Positions 48,101-62,500 of a DNA stretch of 64,000 nucleotides are shown piece after piece. This stretch comes from Daphnia carinata (taxonomy: Eukaryota), in the NCBI RefSeq assembly GCF_022539665.2, contig NC_081332.1:1-64000 (forward strand), given 5' to 3'. Made by a program: the position numbers and the translations under genes. Below the pieces are notes generated by a model that saw nothing but the letters and a program-made list of their open reading frames with translations, had not been told where the DNA came from and ran no database searches. Each line of letters begins with the position of its first letter. Within the stretch, counting starts at the first letter, position 1.

Positions 48101-51100
48101 AATAAAAATAAAATGTTAACAAAAAAAAAAAAAAAAATAAAGAGGAAAGGAGGGGGGAGGATTGAAGGCTTAGCTCTCCGCATTCCGTGACATACGACCC
48201 GAAAAAATGAAAAAAACTTGCCGCCATTTTTTAAACCAAACGTTTTTTTTTTGTTTTTTTTAACTTAATAAAAATAAATTTAAAAAAAGAATATGCTGTT
48301 GCGATGGCTATCGCGGGTTTCGAATCTCTTCGGTCGTCATCCGACACTTGCGTAACGGCGTGACAAAATGGACGACAGGGTTAAAAGAACCCACCGACTA
48401 GAGATCTCGGCGCCCATATCTTTCAAAAAAGAAACATGGCAGCTGCTTACCCATGCACACACAGCTCATAAACAGGAATTTCGTTTTATTATTAATTTTT
48501 TTTTTGTTTGTGTTCCCTTGGAGAAAATGTGGGGGTGGGCAGGCTGGGGTATAACCAAACCCCCAAAAAAATTAAAAATTAAAGGTAAAAATAAAAAAAA
48601 AAATAAGTTGATAAAAAAGGGGGAGGAAAAAACAAAACAAACACGCTGGAAAAATGAGTAAGGATAGTCAATGATGAAGCAATGTGTTGGTTAAGACACG
48701 CACACAAAAAAAAAAAAAAACCAAACACATTGTGACATTTCCGGCCGTTCCACTACCGCTTTCGTACGTCCATAAAAGGAATTTGGCTCGTTGTCTTCCG
48801 CTCGGAATACACAAAGAAAAAAAGGACGTGACGTGACGTCAACTGCGCCGCAGAAACCCAAACGCAAAGAGAAAGAAAAAGGAAAGAACCGTGGTTTTTT
48901 TTTAGTTTTTTTTTTTAACCCCAATCAAAAAGATATAACAACTCCGTCTTAGAAATTTGTAAAGATCAGTCGAATCAAAGACACGCGAGTTTTACGATCA
49001 TGTCGGTGGTCAAGCTGTTGGCCGGTATCGGCGCTTTCTTCAAAGTGCGTTACCTGCACGACAAGGCCGTCATAGACAACACCGTGTTCCGTCTTCACTA
49101 CCGTTTCACGAGTGCCTTCTTCTTCGCCGCCTGCGTGCTCACGACGGCCTTCAATTTCTTCGGCAATCCGATCGAATGCATGACCGGAGAGCCGTTCTCC
49201 AGACCGGACGTGCTCAACACCTACTGCTGGCTGCACAGCACGTTCACGTTGGCCAAGCGAGAAGGCCAACGCGTTGGAATCGAATTCGCTCATCCGGGAG
49301 TCGGCCCCGAGAAAGGCGACAGCGAACATCTCTACCACAGTTATTACCAATGGGTGCCGTTCGTCCTGTTCCTGCAGGGCGTCCTCTTCTACCTGCCGCA
49401 CTGGTTGTGGAAAATGAACGAAGGCGGACGCGTCAGAAAGATGACCGACAGCAGTCGGGGCGCCAGCATCGGACAAGATGGCGCACGCCACGATCATTGC
49501 ACTTCCCTGTTCAACTACTTGGCGCAAACGATGCGATATCATCGCAGTCTGGTCTTCGCCTACGTTACGTGCGAGGTGCTCAACTTCGTCAACGTGGTGG
49601 GCAACATCTACTTCATCAATCGGTTCCTGAAAGGCGCCTTCTTAACGTACGGCATGCGTGTGGTTGAGCTGTCGAACGAAGACCAGGAGGACCGCGCCGA
49701 TCCCATGGTCGAGGTCTTCCCGCGCATGACCAAATGCAATTTCCACATGTACGGCTCGTCGGGAACGATCCAGAAGATTGACGCCCTCTGCCTCCTCCCG
49801 CTCAACATCGCCAACGAAAAGATCTACATCTTCCTCTGGTTCTGGCTCATTATCTTGTCAGTGATTACCGGTTTAGCCCTGATCTACCGATTGGCCATGT
49901 TTATGTCCCCGATGTTCCGCCTCTTTCTCATCCGTCGCCTGGCATCGCCATCAAAGGTAAATGTCTATTGAAATGGCAGCTCATTTGGACGGGCTGAATA
50001 CACGAAACAAGTCTTTTTCTCGTTTTATAGCTGAAAAATTCAAATGATGGGACAAACTAAAAACAAAACGTTTCGTATTTTTCTTTTTTTTTGGACAGGC
50101 CTCGTCAGAGTCGGTCGTCTGGCGTGTCCCTGTCGGTGATTACTTTCTCCTGCACATGTTGGGCAAGAACCTGGAAGGCTTCCTGTTCAACCGATTGATG
50201 GACGACCTGGCTAAGCACCTGACCAGTAACCCCAACGAGATGGACGAACGACGACGTGTCCCGTTCACACGCCAGACGTCCAAGTTGTCCGAGCTGATGT
50301 CGTCGGTTGGCAGACGCGCTTCGTTCAGGGCTGAACCGAAAGCGATCTACGTGCCAATGGAAGAACCATCCATTACGAAATCACAAACCATTGATTAAGT
50401 CATTTACTGTTTTTTTTCCTATTTTTTTTTTTGTTTTCTGATCGAAATCTGCGTACCGTTCGAAATTGTTGTTTTTTTTTTTAAGTTTCTGTCTACGATT
50501 CAAAAAAATACACTTGAATTTTTTTGGTTTGACCTTTTAACGCAAAGTGGGGGATTCTTTTCTGTTTTCTTTTTGTCAGATTGATCTTTTTCTTTTCTTT
50601 TTTGTTTCTTTACCCTCCCTGCCCTTTTTGTCTCAGCCCTGGGGTTCTCTACCTTTTTTGGGGAGGAAAGGTAATCAAAAATAAAAAAAAAGAAGAACGA
50701 AAAAGAAAATGTTTCGTTTTCCACATGTCTGGAATGTGTAAGCTTGTCGCTTTTAGTCTCATTTTTTTCCCCCAACAAGAACGATCGAGATCATTTCTGC
50801 TTCGAGTGTCAACTTGCAACCAAAAGGCCAAACGCTGAACATTTAACAGGTAACAAAAAAAAAAAAAAAAAAAAAAAAGAAACAAACGAGAGATAACCGA
50901 ATGAGACTCTTCCCGCTTGTCAATCACGGCATTTTTTTGACGATGAAACCAACCGGTTTAGACATTTAAAAAAAAAAAAAAGAAAAGGTCTTGTTTTTTA
51001 AATGTCTGATTTTTTTTTGTTTTGTTTTGTTTTTGTTTCAACTTTGGTTATTTTCAGTGACATGTCAGTGGTTCGCCTTTTCAGTGTTTTTGCCACCCTC

Positions 51101-54100
51101 TTGAAAGTCAAGTTGTTGCAAGACAAACCGGTGGTGGACAACGCCATTTTCCGACTCCATTATCGATTCACGTGCGTCTTCTTCCTGGCGGCCAGCCTCC
51201 TGGCCACAGCCATCGATTTCTTCGGCAAACCCATCGACTGCGTGATCGATAAGGGCGTTCCCTACGCCAGGATTCTCAACACGTACTGCTGGATCCAGCA
51301 CACGTTCACCGTCCCGCTGGACGAGCTTCAAATTAGTCCGGGTGTCGGTCCCGATTCGAACGAGAAGCGTTTTCACAGCTACTACCAATGGGTGCCGTTC
51401 GTCCTGTTCTTCCAGGGCATGCTCTTCTACCTGCCGCACTGGATCTGGAAGCGATTCGAGAATGGCATCGTTGGTGGCTTGACGGCAGGCGCCCGCCGAT
51501 TCGATTTGAAAGGTCAAGACGCCACGTTTAGCCGACCGCTGCTGTCGAATTACCTGAACGAAACGATTGGGACGCACGGCCACTTGGGCGTGGCTCACGT
51601 CACTTGCGAGCTCTTTAACTTGGTCAACGCCATCGGTAATGTCTACCTGATCGACCTGTTCCTCGGTGGCTACTTTGTCGATTACGGATGGAAAGTGTTA
51701 CAACAGCAAAGCCTCGACCAGGAGGATCGACGCGACCACATGATTGAAACTTTCCCGCGCGTCACCAAGTGCACGTTTCACAGTTACGGACCGTCGGGAG
51801 GCGTGCAGCGACACGACGCTCTTTGCGTCCTACCCGTCAACGTGATCAACGAAAAGATTTACGTATTCGCTTGGTTCTGGCTGGTTTTGCTGGCCATCGT
51901 TTCCCTGTTCGCCCTGCTCTATCGTTTGGTCGTCATGGTTTCGCCAGCGGTCCGCCATCTTGCTTTGAAACGTGTCGGTTTGACCACGTGCGATCAGCAA
52001 TCGATGGTCATCCTGAGTCGGCGGCTTCCCTATCCTGATTGTTATTTGCTCATCTTGCTGGGCAAAAATTTGCAAGTTGCCGTGTATCGTGATTTGTTGG
52101 ACGATTTGGCCCATTACCTCGATCATTCTCATCTCAACTGTTAAAAATGTTGTTTTCGGCTGTTAAATAAAACGCTTTCCGACTACTGTTTTAGGCTATT
52201 TTTTTTTTTTTTTTTTTTTTGTAAGACGGTAGCAAGCTGCGATTGGGGGCATTCTATTAAAGATTTTGGTCGGCCCACCTGGACCAAAAATAAAAAGAAA
52301 AAAAAAAAGAAAAAGGCCTCGTTATTGGGAGAGAGTCTCTTTTCTGTTGGTAAGCAACAATGGGAAAGAGAAGAAGAGAAGGGGGGGGGGGGGTAAAATG
52401 CCTCCCAGACACGGATTGAGATTTCAAGCTCAATAAAAAGAGGCCATTGAGCATGCCGCGGGATGAATAATGAGGCTGACTCTTCTTGGCCTTGGTCGAC
52501 CAGCAGCGCCATACCAAATGAGATAGACAACTCGATTTTCTCTCTGCATCACCCCTCCTCCCATACGCCCATTCTCTCCCCCCCCCCTTTTTTTTTGTTC
52601 CATCTTTTTTTCCATTTTACTTTTGCTGAACTGTTCTAAAAAAATTTCATTCCAAAAAAAACAAAACAAAAAAAAAGAGCACTAGAAAAAAAATGAAAAC
52701 ACGAAGGGGGAAAAGAAAAAAAATATATATGTGAAATAAAGTATAACCGGCACTAAGGATGATCCATCACATGACCTCACAAGGGGGGCAGCGGCGGACT
52801 TCACAAAACCCCCTCCAACCACAACGAAAATATTTATAAATATCGTCTAGTACCCAATTGTGTACGTTTCTCTATTGGGCCATCTATTTTATGTGTGTGT
52901 GTCTGTGTGTGTGTGTGCATGTTGAAGGAAACAAATGAACGTCGGCGAATGATACGCATGTTTCGCTTGTACACACTTCAAAAGAAAAAACAAAACAAAA
53001 CAAAAATGAGACACACACGCCACCGTTCAATGGACCAGTTAAAAAGACACTCATCAAACAACGGTGGGCACGCACACACACACACACACACTAATAAACA
53101 TGCAATTTGTGTGTGTGTGTGTGTGTACGTCAGAATGCACCTCCATGTTCTTTTGTGCGTGTGTGTGAACGTGGTGCAAGTGGAAGAAAGAGATTTTCCA
53201 AGAGAGGAAACCTGTTTTTGGGTCTCGGTGGTTGGTGTGTGTCCAGGGGGGTCGGCTATATAACAAGGCCCTAGCTGACAGGGCTGGCTCTCACTACGAG
53301 TCGAGAGCTCCGACCATCCACAGGTGTTTGTGTTGTGTGCGTTTTGTTCTCGAGTGAATTGCAGTTTGTTTTGTTTTTCCGTTGTTGACTTGCAGTGTGT
53401 CTCATCAACCAGTGTGCACAACTCGACTGGCCAAAGAAACTCTTCGTTATTTCTCTCGGATCATCTACATTTGCTTAGGTAACACACAAAAAAAGAATGC
53501 TCAAAGAAAAAAACTAGCTGAAAGTCAAAACAGAAAAGAAAAAGAAAAAAGTACACAAACAAATTGGTCAGTGTGCTATAGGGATAGTTTTGTTTTTCCT
53601 TTCAGCTCGTAAAGACCACACCTGGTGTCTTTTGTTAGTCGTATCTTTTTCACGGCAGGTGATCTCTTCCCTTCCAAGTCGTTATGACCAACTGGCAATA
53701 ACTCCCCAACGTGTTCTCTATGGGCGCGTAACCCAATGATCAAGTCATTCATCCTCCCAATCTTTTTTTTTTCTTTTCTTTTCTTTCATTCTTTTGCTTT
53801 GTTAAACAGGACGAAAAATAACAAAAGCTTTTTTTTTCCTGTCGATTTTTTTTTGTGTGGAAAGAAATAGCCGAATCAACGTCGATGTTACGTTTTTTCG
53901 ATAACAAGCTGCAATTGATCTGCGACTACTGAAGTAGCTTTTTGTGCATTACAAAAAAAAAAAATATCCTTAAGGCTATTGGGAAAACATTTGAGATATT
54001 TTAGGGGAGAAATCGAAGGATGGCGATAGGGAAAAACGAAAGAAAAAGCCAAACATGGCAGAGGGAGAAAACCATTCCAAAAAAAAAAAAAAAAAAAAAA

Positions 54101-55849
54101 ACCTCGTGCAACTGCGAATGCCGATCACGTCCCGACTCTTTTCTTTCTGTCGTTCAACACGACGACCGATTTTCAGTGTTTTCTCGATAGCCGAATAGGC
54201 CACGAGTCGTGTCACACACACACACACTTACGCATTTAAAAGTTTTTTTTCCCGATCGGCTAACGCTATAAAAACTTTTTAAGCGAAAATAAATAAATAA
54301 ATAAAATAAAGAGTAAGTTTTTAACACAAGAGAGGCTCAAGAAGACATGCCCGGACAGGTATGCAGCTTAGCCTGCAGCCACGTTACACAAAAGGCAAAC
54401 CGGCTATGCCGCATTCTTGGCCTCCAGTGTGTCTGTGTGTGTGTGTGTGTGCACTTGCAGATGATGCCTTCAACAACAATAACAAAAAGAAAACAAAAGA
54501 GATTGCTAGTGTGTGTCTCGCTGTTGTTGCACATGCCCACCCGTGTCGAAATCGTTAACTAGTGAGTTGATTGTGTTTCACCCTTTGTTAATGGCTTGTT
54601 TTTTTTCTTCTTTGGATTGCAGGGCTGGGATCGAGTGCAACAGGACGACAATGTCGCTGATTGGATTACTGGGCAGCTTTGCCGGATTCGTTCGCGTACG
54701 ATTCCTGCACGACAAGGCAGATATCGACAATGCCGTCTTCCGTCTCCATTACCGTTTCACCAGCGCTTTCTTCTTTGCCGCTTGCGTCATTATCACTGCC
54801 TTCGACCTCATCGGCAGTCCAATTGACTGCATCACGGACGATGCCATTAGTCGACCGGAGGTGATCAACACCTACTGCTGGATCCAACACACATTCACTT
54901 TGCCCGGATCCTCGAAATTGCCTGGTGGTAAAGTCGTCCAGTATCCGCAAGCTTTCCAGGGTGTCGGCCCGGCCTACGAGGGACAGGGCGAACGGCGGAT
55001 TCATAGCTACTACCAGTGGGTTCCGTTCGTCCTCTTCTTCCAGGGCATCCTCTTCTACCTGCCGCATTGGATTTGGAAGCAGTTCGAGGATGGGACGGTG
55101 CGCAACATGACGGACGGAAGCCGCGGCCTGTTGCTGGGCTGGGTGGCCGAGGACCGCAAGATGCGCTCTTCGGCCCTGTCTCACTACCTGCAAGAGACGC
55201 TGCACACGCGCGGCCGTTTGGCTCTCGTCTACATCGGCTGCGAGGTCCTCAATTTGGTCAACGTCATTGGCAACATCTTCTTTATCGATCGGTTCCTCAA
55301 CGGCGCATTCCTCGACTACGGCACCCGAGTGATCCAGTATTCCAACATGGACCAAGAAGATCGTGATGACGTCCTCATCGAAGTCTTTCCTCGTATGACC
55401 AAGTGTACGTTCCATCGCTACGGCTCTTCAGGCAGCATCCAAACACATGACGCCCTTTGTGTTTTGGCATGGAACATTTTCAACGAAAAGATCTACATTT
55501 TCCTTTGGTTCTGGCTGATTCTGCTGTCCGTCCTGTCAGCCCTGGCGCTCGCCTATCGGCTGGTCATCGTCGTCTCGCCCATCGCGCGCCTCTTCGTCAT
55601 GCGGCGCGTCTCTTCGCCGTCGATGGACTCGGCCGAAACGGTCATCCGACGCGTCCCGTTCGGTGACTACTTCCTCATCCACATGCTCGGCAAGAATTTG
55701 GAAGGTTTCCTCTTCAACGGTCTCATCGACGATCTGGCTCATCGCTTCACGGCCGGCAACGATCCCAACAAAATCAATTCGTCCGCCGGCCTGGAATCAG
55801 CGCCCATTCTAAGCGCCCTGTACGGAAGCCCTGGCGAACGATGATTTTA

Positions 55850-55881
<32 letters not shown>

Positions 55882-56481
55882 AAAAAGAGATAGACCCCAC
55901 ATCATTTTCTTTTTTGTGTGTGTATGTGTGTGTGTTGTGAATGTGTGGGAAGGGGCATGGGGGCTCTCGTTTTATGAAAGATTTTTTTTTTTTTTTTCGT
56001 TTTGGTTTGATTTACATGAGCCAGCCAGATTCACTGTGATGTGCGCGCCACCGAGTTGTGTCAAAAAAAAAATGTGTGTGTAGCCTTTTTTTTTTCTTTG
56101 TTTTGTTTCTATTTTTAATCACTTTCTATTTTGTACTTTTGTTTTTTTTTCTTTAACACTTAACTTTGGTACTTTTTTTTTTGTTACTTTCATTCGATGT
56201 AATTCCTTTTTTTCCTCCCAAGTGTACTTGAACAGCCAGTGCCACCAAGACACACCTCATAAAATTTCTTTTATTTCTTTGCAAAATTCGCTACCCAACG
56301 GGAAAGAGTATTGGTTGTTTTCTCAAAAAAAAAAAAGAAAAAAAGAAAATGGATGGATGTAAATAACGAGATGAACAAATTCAAAAAAAGAAAAAGTAAT
56401 AAAAAAAATTGAATTTAGCTGTTGAAAAATTTCCTTTTAAAAAGTCGACCGCAAAAGGATTAGAAAAATCCAAGTGACTTC

Positions 56482-56514
<33 letters not shown>

Positions 56515-59500
56515 TGTGTGTTGCTGCTTCAGTACGAGCCGATCGTAAATGGAAAGGTGTCAACCTTTTCGACACGGTTACCAAGGGTTTCTTTTTTTAT
56601 TTTTATTTTGCCTTGTTCAAAGCTTCAGGATGATGACCTTTTTAGTTTTTTTCTAAACCCTGAAATGCCAGTTTCGTCAGTTCGGTTCATCCAAAAAAAA
56701 AAAAAAAACTTTCAGAGGGGGGGGGGGGGGGGGGGGTTGAAAACGAGACCGGTTTTCTTGTCTTTCATCGCAAGAGCCCAAGCGAAACCCACATACATAG
56801 CAAGTTTTGGGGGAGGGGAATTTAGACGTTGGACAAATGACCCAACGTTTGATGGCCATTACAAGTGATGGCCGAAGCATGAAAACCGGGTCCTTGTTGC
56901 ATCACTATGTACGCACACGACGAGCAAACCCAAATCACATTTGATATATATACAAGTAGATAGAATGTGGGTACCAGCAAAAAAAAAAAAAAAAAAAAAA
57001 AAGCCCATGGCTGGCAATCATTTTTTTTTTTTGAGGCTTCTTTAAAAAATATCAAATATGTACACGGGCTTTCAAAAGAAAACTGCCAAGATAATTGACA
57101 GCCCAAGCGGTCCCTTAACTGGGTCTAACGTCTGAACGCGCACACGCCCATAAGGAACTCTTCAATTCGAAGAAAGAAAAAACCCACACAGTTTCATCAA
57201 TGTCTCCGACATCTTCCTTGTCGTTGAAAAAAAAAAAAAAAAATCCAAACGAGCAAAAAGCAAAGAAATAAAAAAATGTGAAGTGGACGTACCTGTTGCC
57301 CCAGTCGATATGGGATGTGATGCGTAGCCGCAAATCTCTGAGATGATCCAGCGTGAAGGTGCCGGTCATAAGCTGCCGACGCCAGTCCATCAGGTCCAGA
57401 ATGGCCGATCGGAGCATCGTGCATTGCTCTCTCTGACGTCTCTGCATAACAGTCAAATAATATCGCCGTTAGAATGTAGAAAAGAAAAAAAAGAGACTCA
57501 CACGAGATCATTATGCAAATGAAAACGAGAGAGGAAAAAAGAAAAAGAAACATGGGAGCGCCTTTCATCTCTTTCTCTTTAAAAAAAAAAAAAATATATA
57601 AGAAAATCCAAAGGAGATATAGGAAAAGAAGAGGCTGTCTATCTCTACACACAGCTAGGGCTTCTTCCCGTTTTTTTTTTTTTTTATTTTTATTTTCCCA
57701 CGCCCTCGCCCGACACCGACGGGGCCGGCGTGTTTCTCCCACCTCCCTATTTCCATTCCGAAACATCCGAGATGAACGCCGATATCAAACGGAAAAGAAT
57801 TATTTATAATAACGAGCGTCGTTCATCTTCAGCCAAGGAATTTCCTCAAAAGCCCCCCTGGTTTGGACAATACGGACGGGATCGATCAACGCGGAATCAA
57901 TCAATGACCGAAGAAAAAACATTTTATCAGACGATTCCATCCATCACGTGTAAATCTCGAGAGGGAAAGGAAACAAGAAAAAGAAACAGAATTTAAAAAA
58001 AAAAAAACCTTTTTCCCGGATTGCAGCATCAATTGAATTGTGTGATGCAAAAAACGCTACTATATTTGATTCCTGGTTGAGTCTTTCAAACATATCGTCC
58101 CGGATGCCCCGTGAACTATTTGTTATTTTCATGTTTGGTTTTTTTTTCTTTTCACTTTCCCCCATTTGAAATCAATCAAATAGAACAGCAACTAATCCAT
58201 CAACAGGTATTTTCGTGGGCGTGGTGGCCCGTTTATGCTATGCCGTAACTACTATAGGAAACATGTGTTAGCGTAGCGATGAAAACGCCCAATCGAAAGC
58301 GTTTCGAAACCGACTCGCAAACGACATCCATCTCTACCACCAAAAGTATTGACTCGCATAACTTTGAGCAACAAACCTCCGGATGTTGGACAAGAATAAA
58401 GAAAAGATCAACCCCCCCCCCACCTCCGCCATATCCTGCCCGAAAATAAGGGGAAGAAGAAGAAAAAAACAAAACAAAACAAACTTAATAGAAGGAAAAA
58501 AGAATAAAATAAAAAAGAATATATTCTTTTCTAAATCGTTGAGGGGGGATGACGATGCACATGTCGTCCAAACAGAGAGGGGAGTCTATAGGCCTATAGC
58601 GTTATGATATAGTCCTTGACCCTAGTGGGCGGCGGCGGCATAGCAGAGACGCTGTCTGTGTTACCTGTGTGTGTGTGTGACTCAGGAGTTAGAGGGGGGA
58701 AGTGGAAAAAAGCGTGAGAAACATCCCCCCCCCCTCTCATCTCAGTCTCTCTCTCATTTTTTCTCTTCATTTTCCAGCTCTATTTCTATTTGGCTTGAGG
58801 TCTCAAAAAAAAAAAAAAAAAAAAAAGTTTGTTGTGAAACAAATACGACAAAGACTACGGGAATACAGGTTTTCTTTCTTTCTTTCTTTCTTTTCAGGTT
58901 GTAAATCAACTACGTGATCGATAACGTCCGCACTAGCAGAAGCTCCTGATGCTGGGGCCAGCCGGCCCGAAAAGGCCTCTCGCTGACCCTCCACCAACTG
59001 GTCAGCAGGAGCAAAGCATAAGAGAGCGGACGATGGCCAACCGGGGGCTGATTGTGTCGGTAGCTATCCTGCTGTGAAACATCAGTCCGAAAGGAGGGCT
59101 GTCGGTAGACCTTCTTCTCTTTTTCTTTTTTTTTTTTCTTTTTCTCTCCCTAGGTATATATATATATAAATATACACACACACACCTGCATGCCTTTCAG
59201 CCTTTTGGCTTCTTGATTTTTTTTTCTTTCTCTCTCTCTTTGCCCGGAAATAAGGAAAAAAGAAAACAATTTTCAGGTATTTTGGGAAATAATGGGGGAG
59301 ACCCGTGCGCGCGAGCCGCTGCTTTTTTTTTACAGTGGCCTTCACGCACGCAAGCAATCACCACACACACAAGATATACGATCTGCTACTTGTTGTTGTT
59401 GTTGTTGTTGTGGCTGCTGCTTCGAAACGAAAGATGATGCGTTCGTGCGTCCCCCCACATTGTGTAATGAAAACGACGGCGAAAATTTCCGCCCTCCCGA

Positions 59501-62500
59501 AAATCAAAACACGGACTGAGGAAAGCTCCCCCCTCAAAAAAAAAAATTCAAATAAAATCAAGAAAAAATTAAAAAAATAAATGAAATTAATGTGAAACCA
59601 TCGGGGCACAAACGGTCACAAGGGCACAGACGCGATGACCCGATTTGGTCATTCCTCTTGGTCCTCGATCGTTTTCCAACATCTCTTTGGCCCTTTCAGT
59701 CGCAAGAGCAGCAGCTCATTGGCTCCCATCAAAGAGATTCCAATCGTCCTATTCTCTTTTTTCTTTTTTTTTTCTCCCTTCTTTTACCATTTTCTTTGTA
59801 AAGTTAAACCCGTCGCCTCGTTAAGTGAGGGGAGAAAGAAAGAAAGAAGAAAGAAAAAAGAGCCGAATCTTGTGGCATGACAAGCACCTCCAGAAACGGG
59901 CGCGGATTCGATCTGCGTGTCACGCCGAGATTCTCTTTTCTCTCTCCCCGTATTCTATTCTTATTTTATTTTAATTTTTATAAATGTGTTATTTTTTTAA
60001 TTTAAAAAAAAAAACCAACGTCACGAGGGAAGAAGGCGCCGGCATAAGAACCGGCTTTTTCAAGTCCGTTGAGTTTGTTGTCTCGTAAGGTAAGGCGAGA
60101 AAAAGAAGCGGATGGCTCATTAGGACGCACACTCAAAATGAGATCATTATCGACGGAATGATACAATTCAATTGCCTTACTATCAGATGGGATATAAAAA
60201 GAAAGACGTTTTGAGTACAAAAAAATAATAATACTAATAAAGAAAGGAGAGTTTGAGTTGGCATGCGTCTTGCGCTAACGGAACTAGCAACGATGGCACA
60301 ATAAACGACTACCCGTATCGCACCGGGCGGGCCTCGTTTCTTTCTTCTTCATTGTCTGAAAGAGACAGATTTTTTTTTCTTTTTTTTTCTTTTCGTGGTC
60401 TCTCTTTTTTTTTTTTTTTTGGTTTTTTTGACTGATGCAAGGAGAATTCCCCCTCAACAAAACGAGGAGGAATTGGAATGTCATTTTCTCCCCTTAAAGC
60501 TGGCGGCTTTTGTTTAACAATTCTTCTTCGCTCTATGCGAAGCGGGTACACGTATAAGTTTCGAGCAGTCAGGAGAGAAATAAAAAACGAAACAACACAA
60601 CAAAAACCAAAATCTAAAAACAAAACAAAACAAAACAAAAAAATCAAAATGACTAGTTTTGTTTTGTTTCCAGAGAGTAACTCTGGCGCTAGCCTGTTAA
60701 ATGACCCTGTTTGCCTGATTCCAAATAACTTTTGATTCGAAGAAAATAACAAAGGAGAAGAAGAAAAAAAACAAAACAAAAACATACAAGAAATATAAAG
60801 AGGATAGAAGAAAATGGGGATCGGACGACACGAAAAACATTCCAGAACTAGTAGGGAAGAGAGCATTATTTCGCTCCGGGCCGTAAAGCTTTCGCTCCGA
60901 TATCTGCCACTCGTTGACACAAGTCATTTGTCTCATCCGGTCCGGGCTCTAGCCATCAGGTGGCTTCACTTTGTCTCCTTCGGTTCTGTCTACTTCGCCC
61001 TCCTCTCCTTCTCTCTCGCTCTTTCTTTTTTTTTGTCTGGAACAGTTACACAACGTAGCAACAACCACCGTCTGAAGACGCTACAAAACATTTCATGTTT
61101 TAACTTTAATTTTTTTCGGGGCAAACTTTCGAATTCCCATCAATAAATATGCACAAACGAGTGGTTCAATTAGACTTTGACAATTCATTCCGCCATGGAG
61201 AGGCTAAAGTAATCATAAAAATAAAATCCAAATAAGAAAACAAAACAAAAAAACTGAATTGTGCGGGAATTCACCGTTTTCAACGGGGCTTTATCGACAT
61301 TACAACTTGTTTTCCGTCCTAACGCGCGCAGTCAAAAGCCATCTAACGGTAGAAAATAAAACTAAATGACACTTACCACGAACGATCGGTTCCAGATAAC
61401 GCCCCATTCTCGCAACACGTTAGTGGCTTCTTCGACTACTGGATCGTCGTAATGCCAACACCTGAACGGAGAAAAGCATTAAGTAAGAATTTTTGGGGAG
61501 AAAACAAACAACAACACAGCACTCTTCCCCCTCCTCAAAAATAAAAAAAAACGTAATCCCATGAAGCCAATCAAATTTAAAAAAACACAAAAAATAAACT
61601 CATGATTAAAAAGAGAAAACCCGCAAAGGGTGACGGTAGACTTGGTAACAACAGCTGCGTACCTTTCCTGATCAGATGTAGGTCGCACTTGAACGTAGGA
61701 GCATGGGAAAATTCCCTGTAAACGAACGACAGAAACAAGATCATAAACGAAATCCGTGTTGGCGGCAAAAAGCGTATGGGAAATACTGTTTACCTGCACG
61801 CTAGGTGTGCGCAGATTCACGCCCAGATACCAATCTAGCAGGAAGAAGAAGCAAAAGCGTTCAAACAGGAAACATGTTTATCAAAGAAATCAATGAACTT
61901 TTTAGATAAGAGGAATCTCTTCGCAGCTGTTATCTTTAGGGGGCAACAACACATGTCGATGTAGCCATGACCGACATTCCCACGACCACTTACAGGGTGG
62001 GTGTTTGTGCGTGCTTTTCTGCGCACAGGCGATGATGGTGTGTGAGGAAAGAGTTTATCTCTTTCCGTTTTACGACCTTTTTTTTCTTTCTATTTATTTA
62101 TTTTTTAATTTTTCTTTCTTATCGATTCCATCAATACTATATAATTGTGTAAAGAAAAAGACTTGCGACAATTCGATAAGTTGAGAATTCATTCTTACCT
62201 TCGCATATCTGAGTGATTTCCACTAGATCGCCCAGTTGCAAGGTCAATCCATGAGGTATAGAAGCTCCGTCTAAGTGGCTGATAGCTGTTGGAATAAAGA
62301 AACAAAAAAACATATTTTAAACAAAGTTTTCATTCATAAAATTCAAGTTCAAGAGTTTTCGGGGAGAGATGATGCCTTTGTTATCGCAGTCCCACGTCCC
62401 ACCCAACAGGAAGTCCCCTCTCTGCCTTCGCTTTCCCTCTCTCCGCGTCTGAATGAATGGAGGGTGCGTTTCACCCAGTACGAGATGTGACCAACGGCTG

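Noticed and set aside
51002..54650. Upstream starts given by the ORF track for innexins B (51002) and C (54513)
   Set aside because: The extensions are intronic pyrimidine tracts ending in AG; paralog alignment supports ATGs at 51062 and 54651.
39466..55742. Long antisense or alternative-frame ORFs over DOCK and the innexins
   Set aside because: Shadows of GC3-rich coding sequence.
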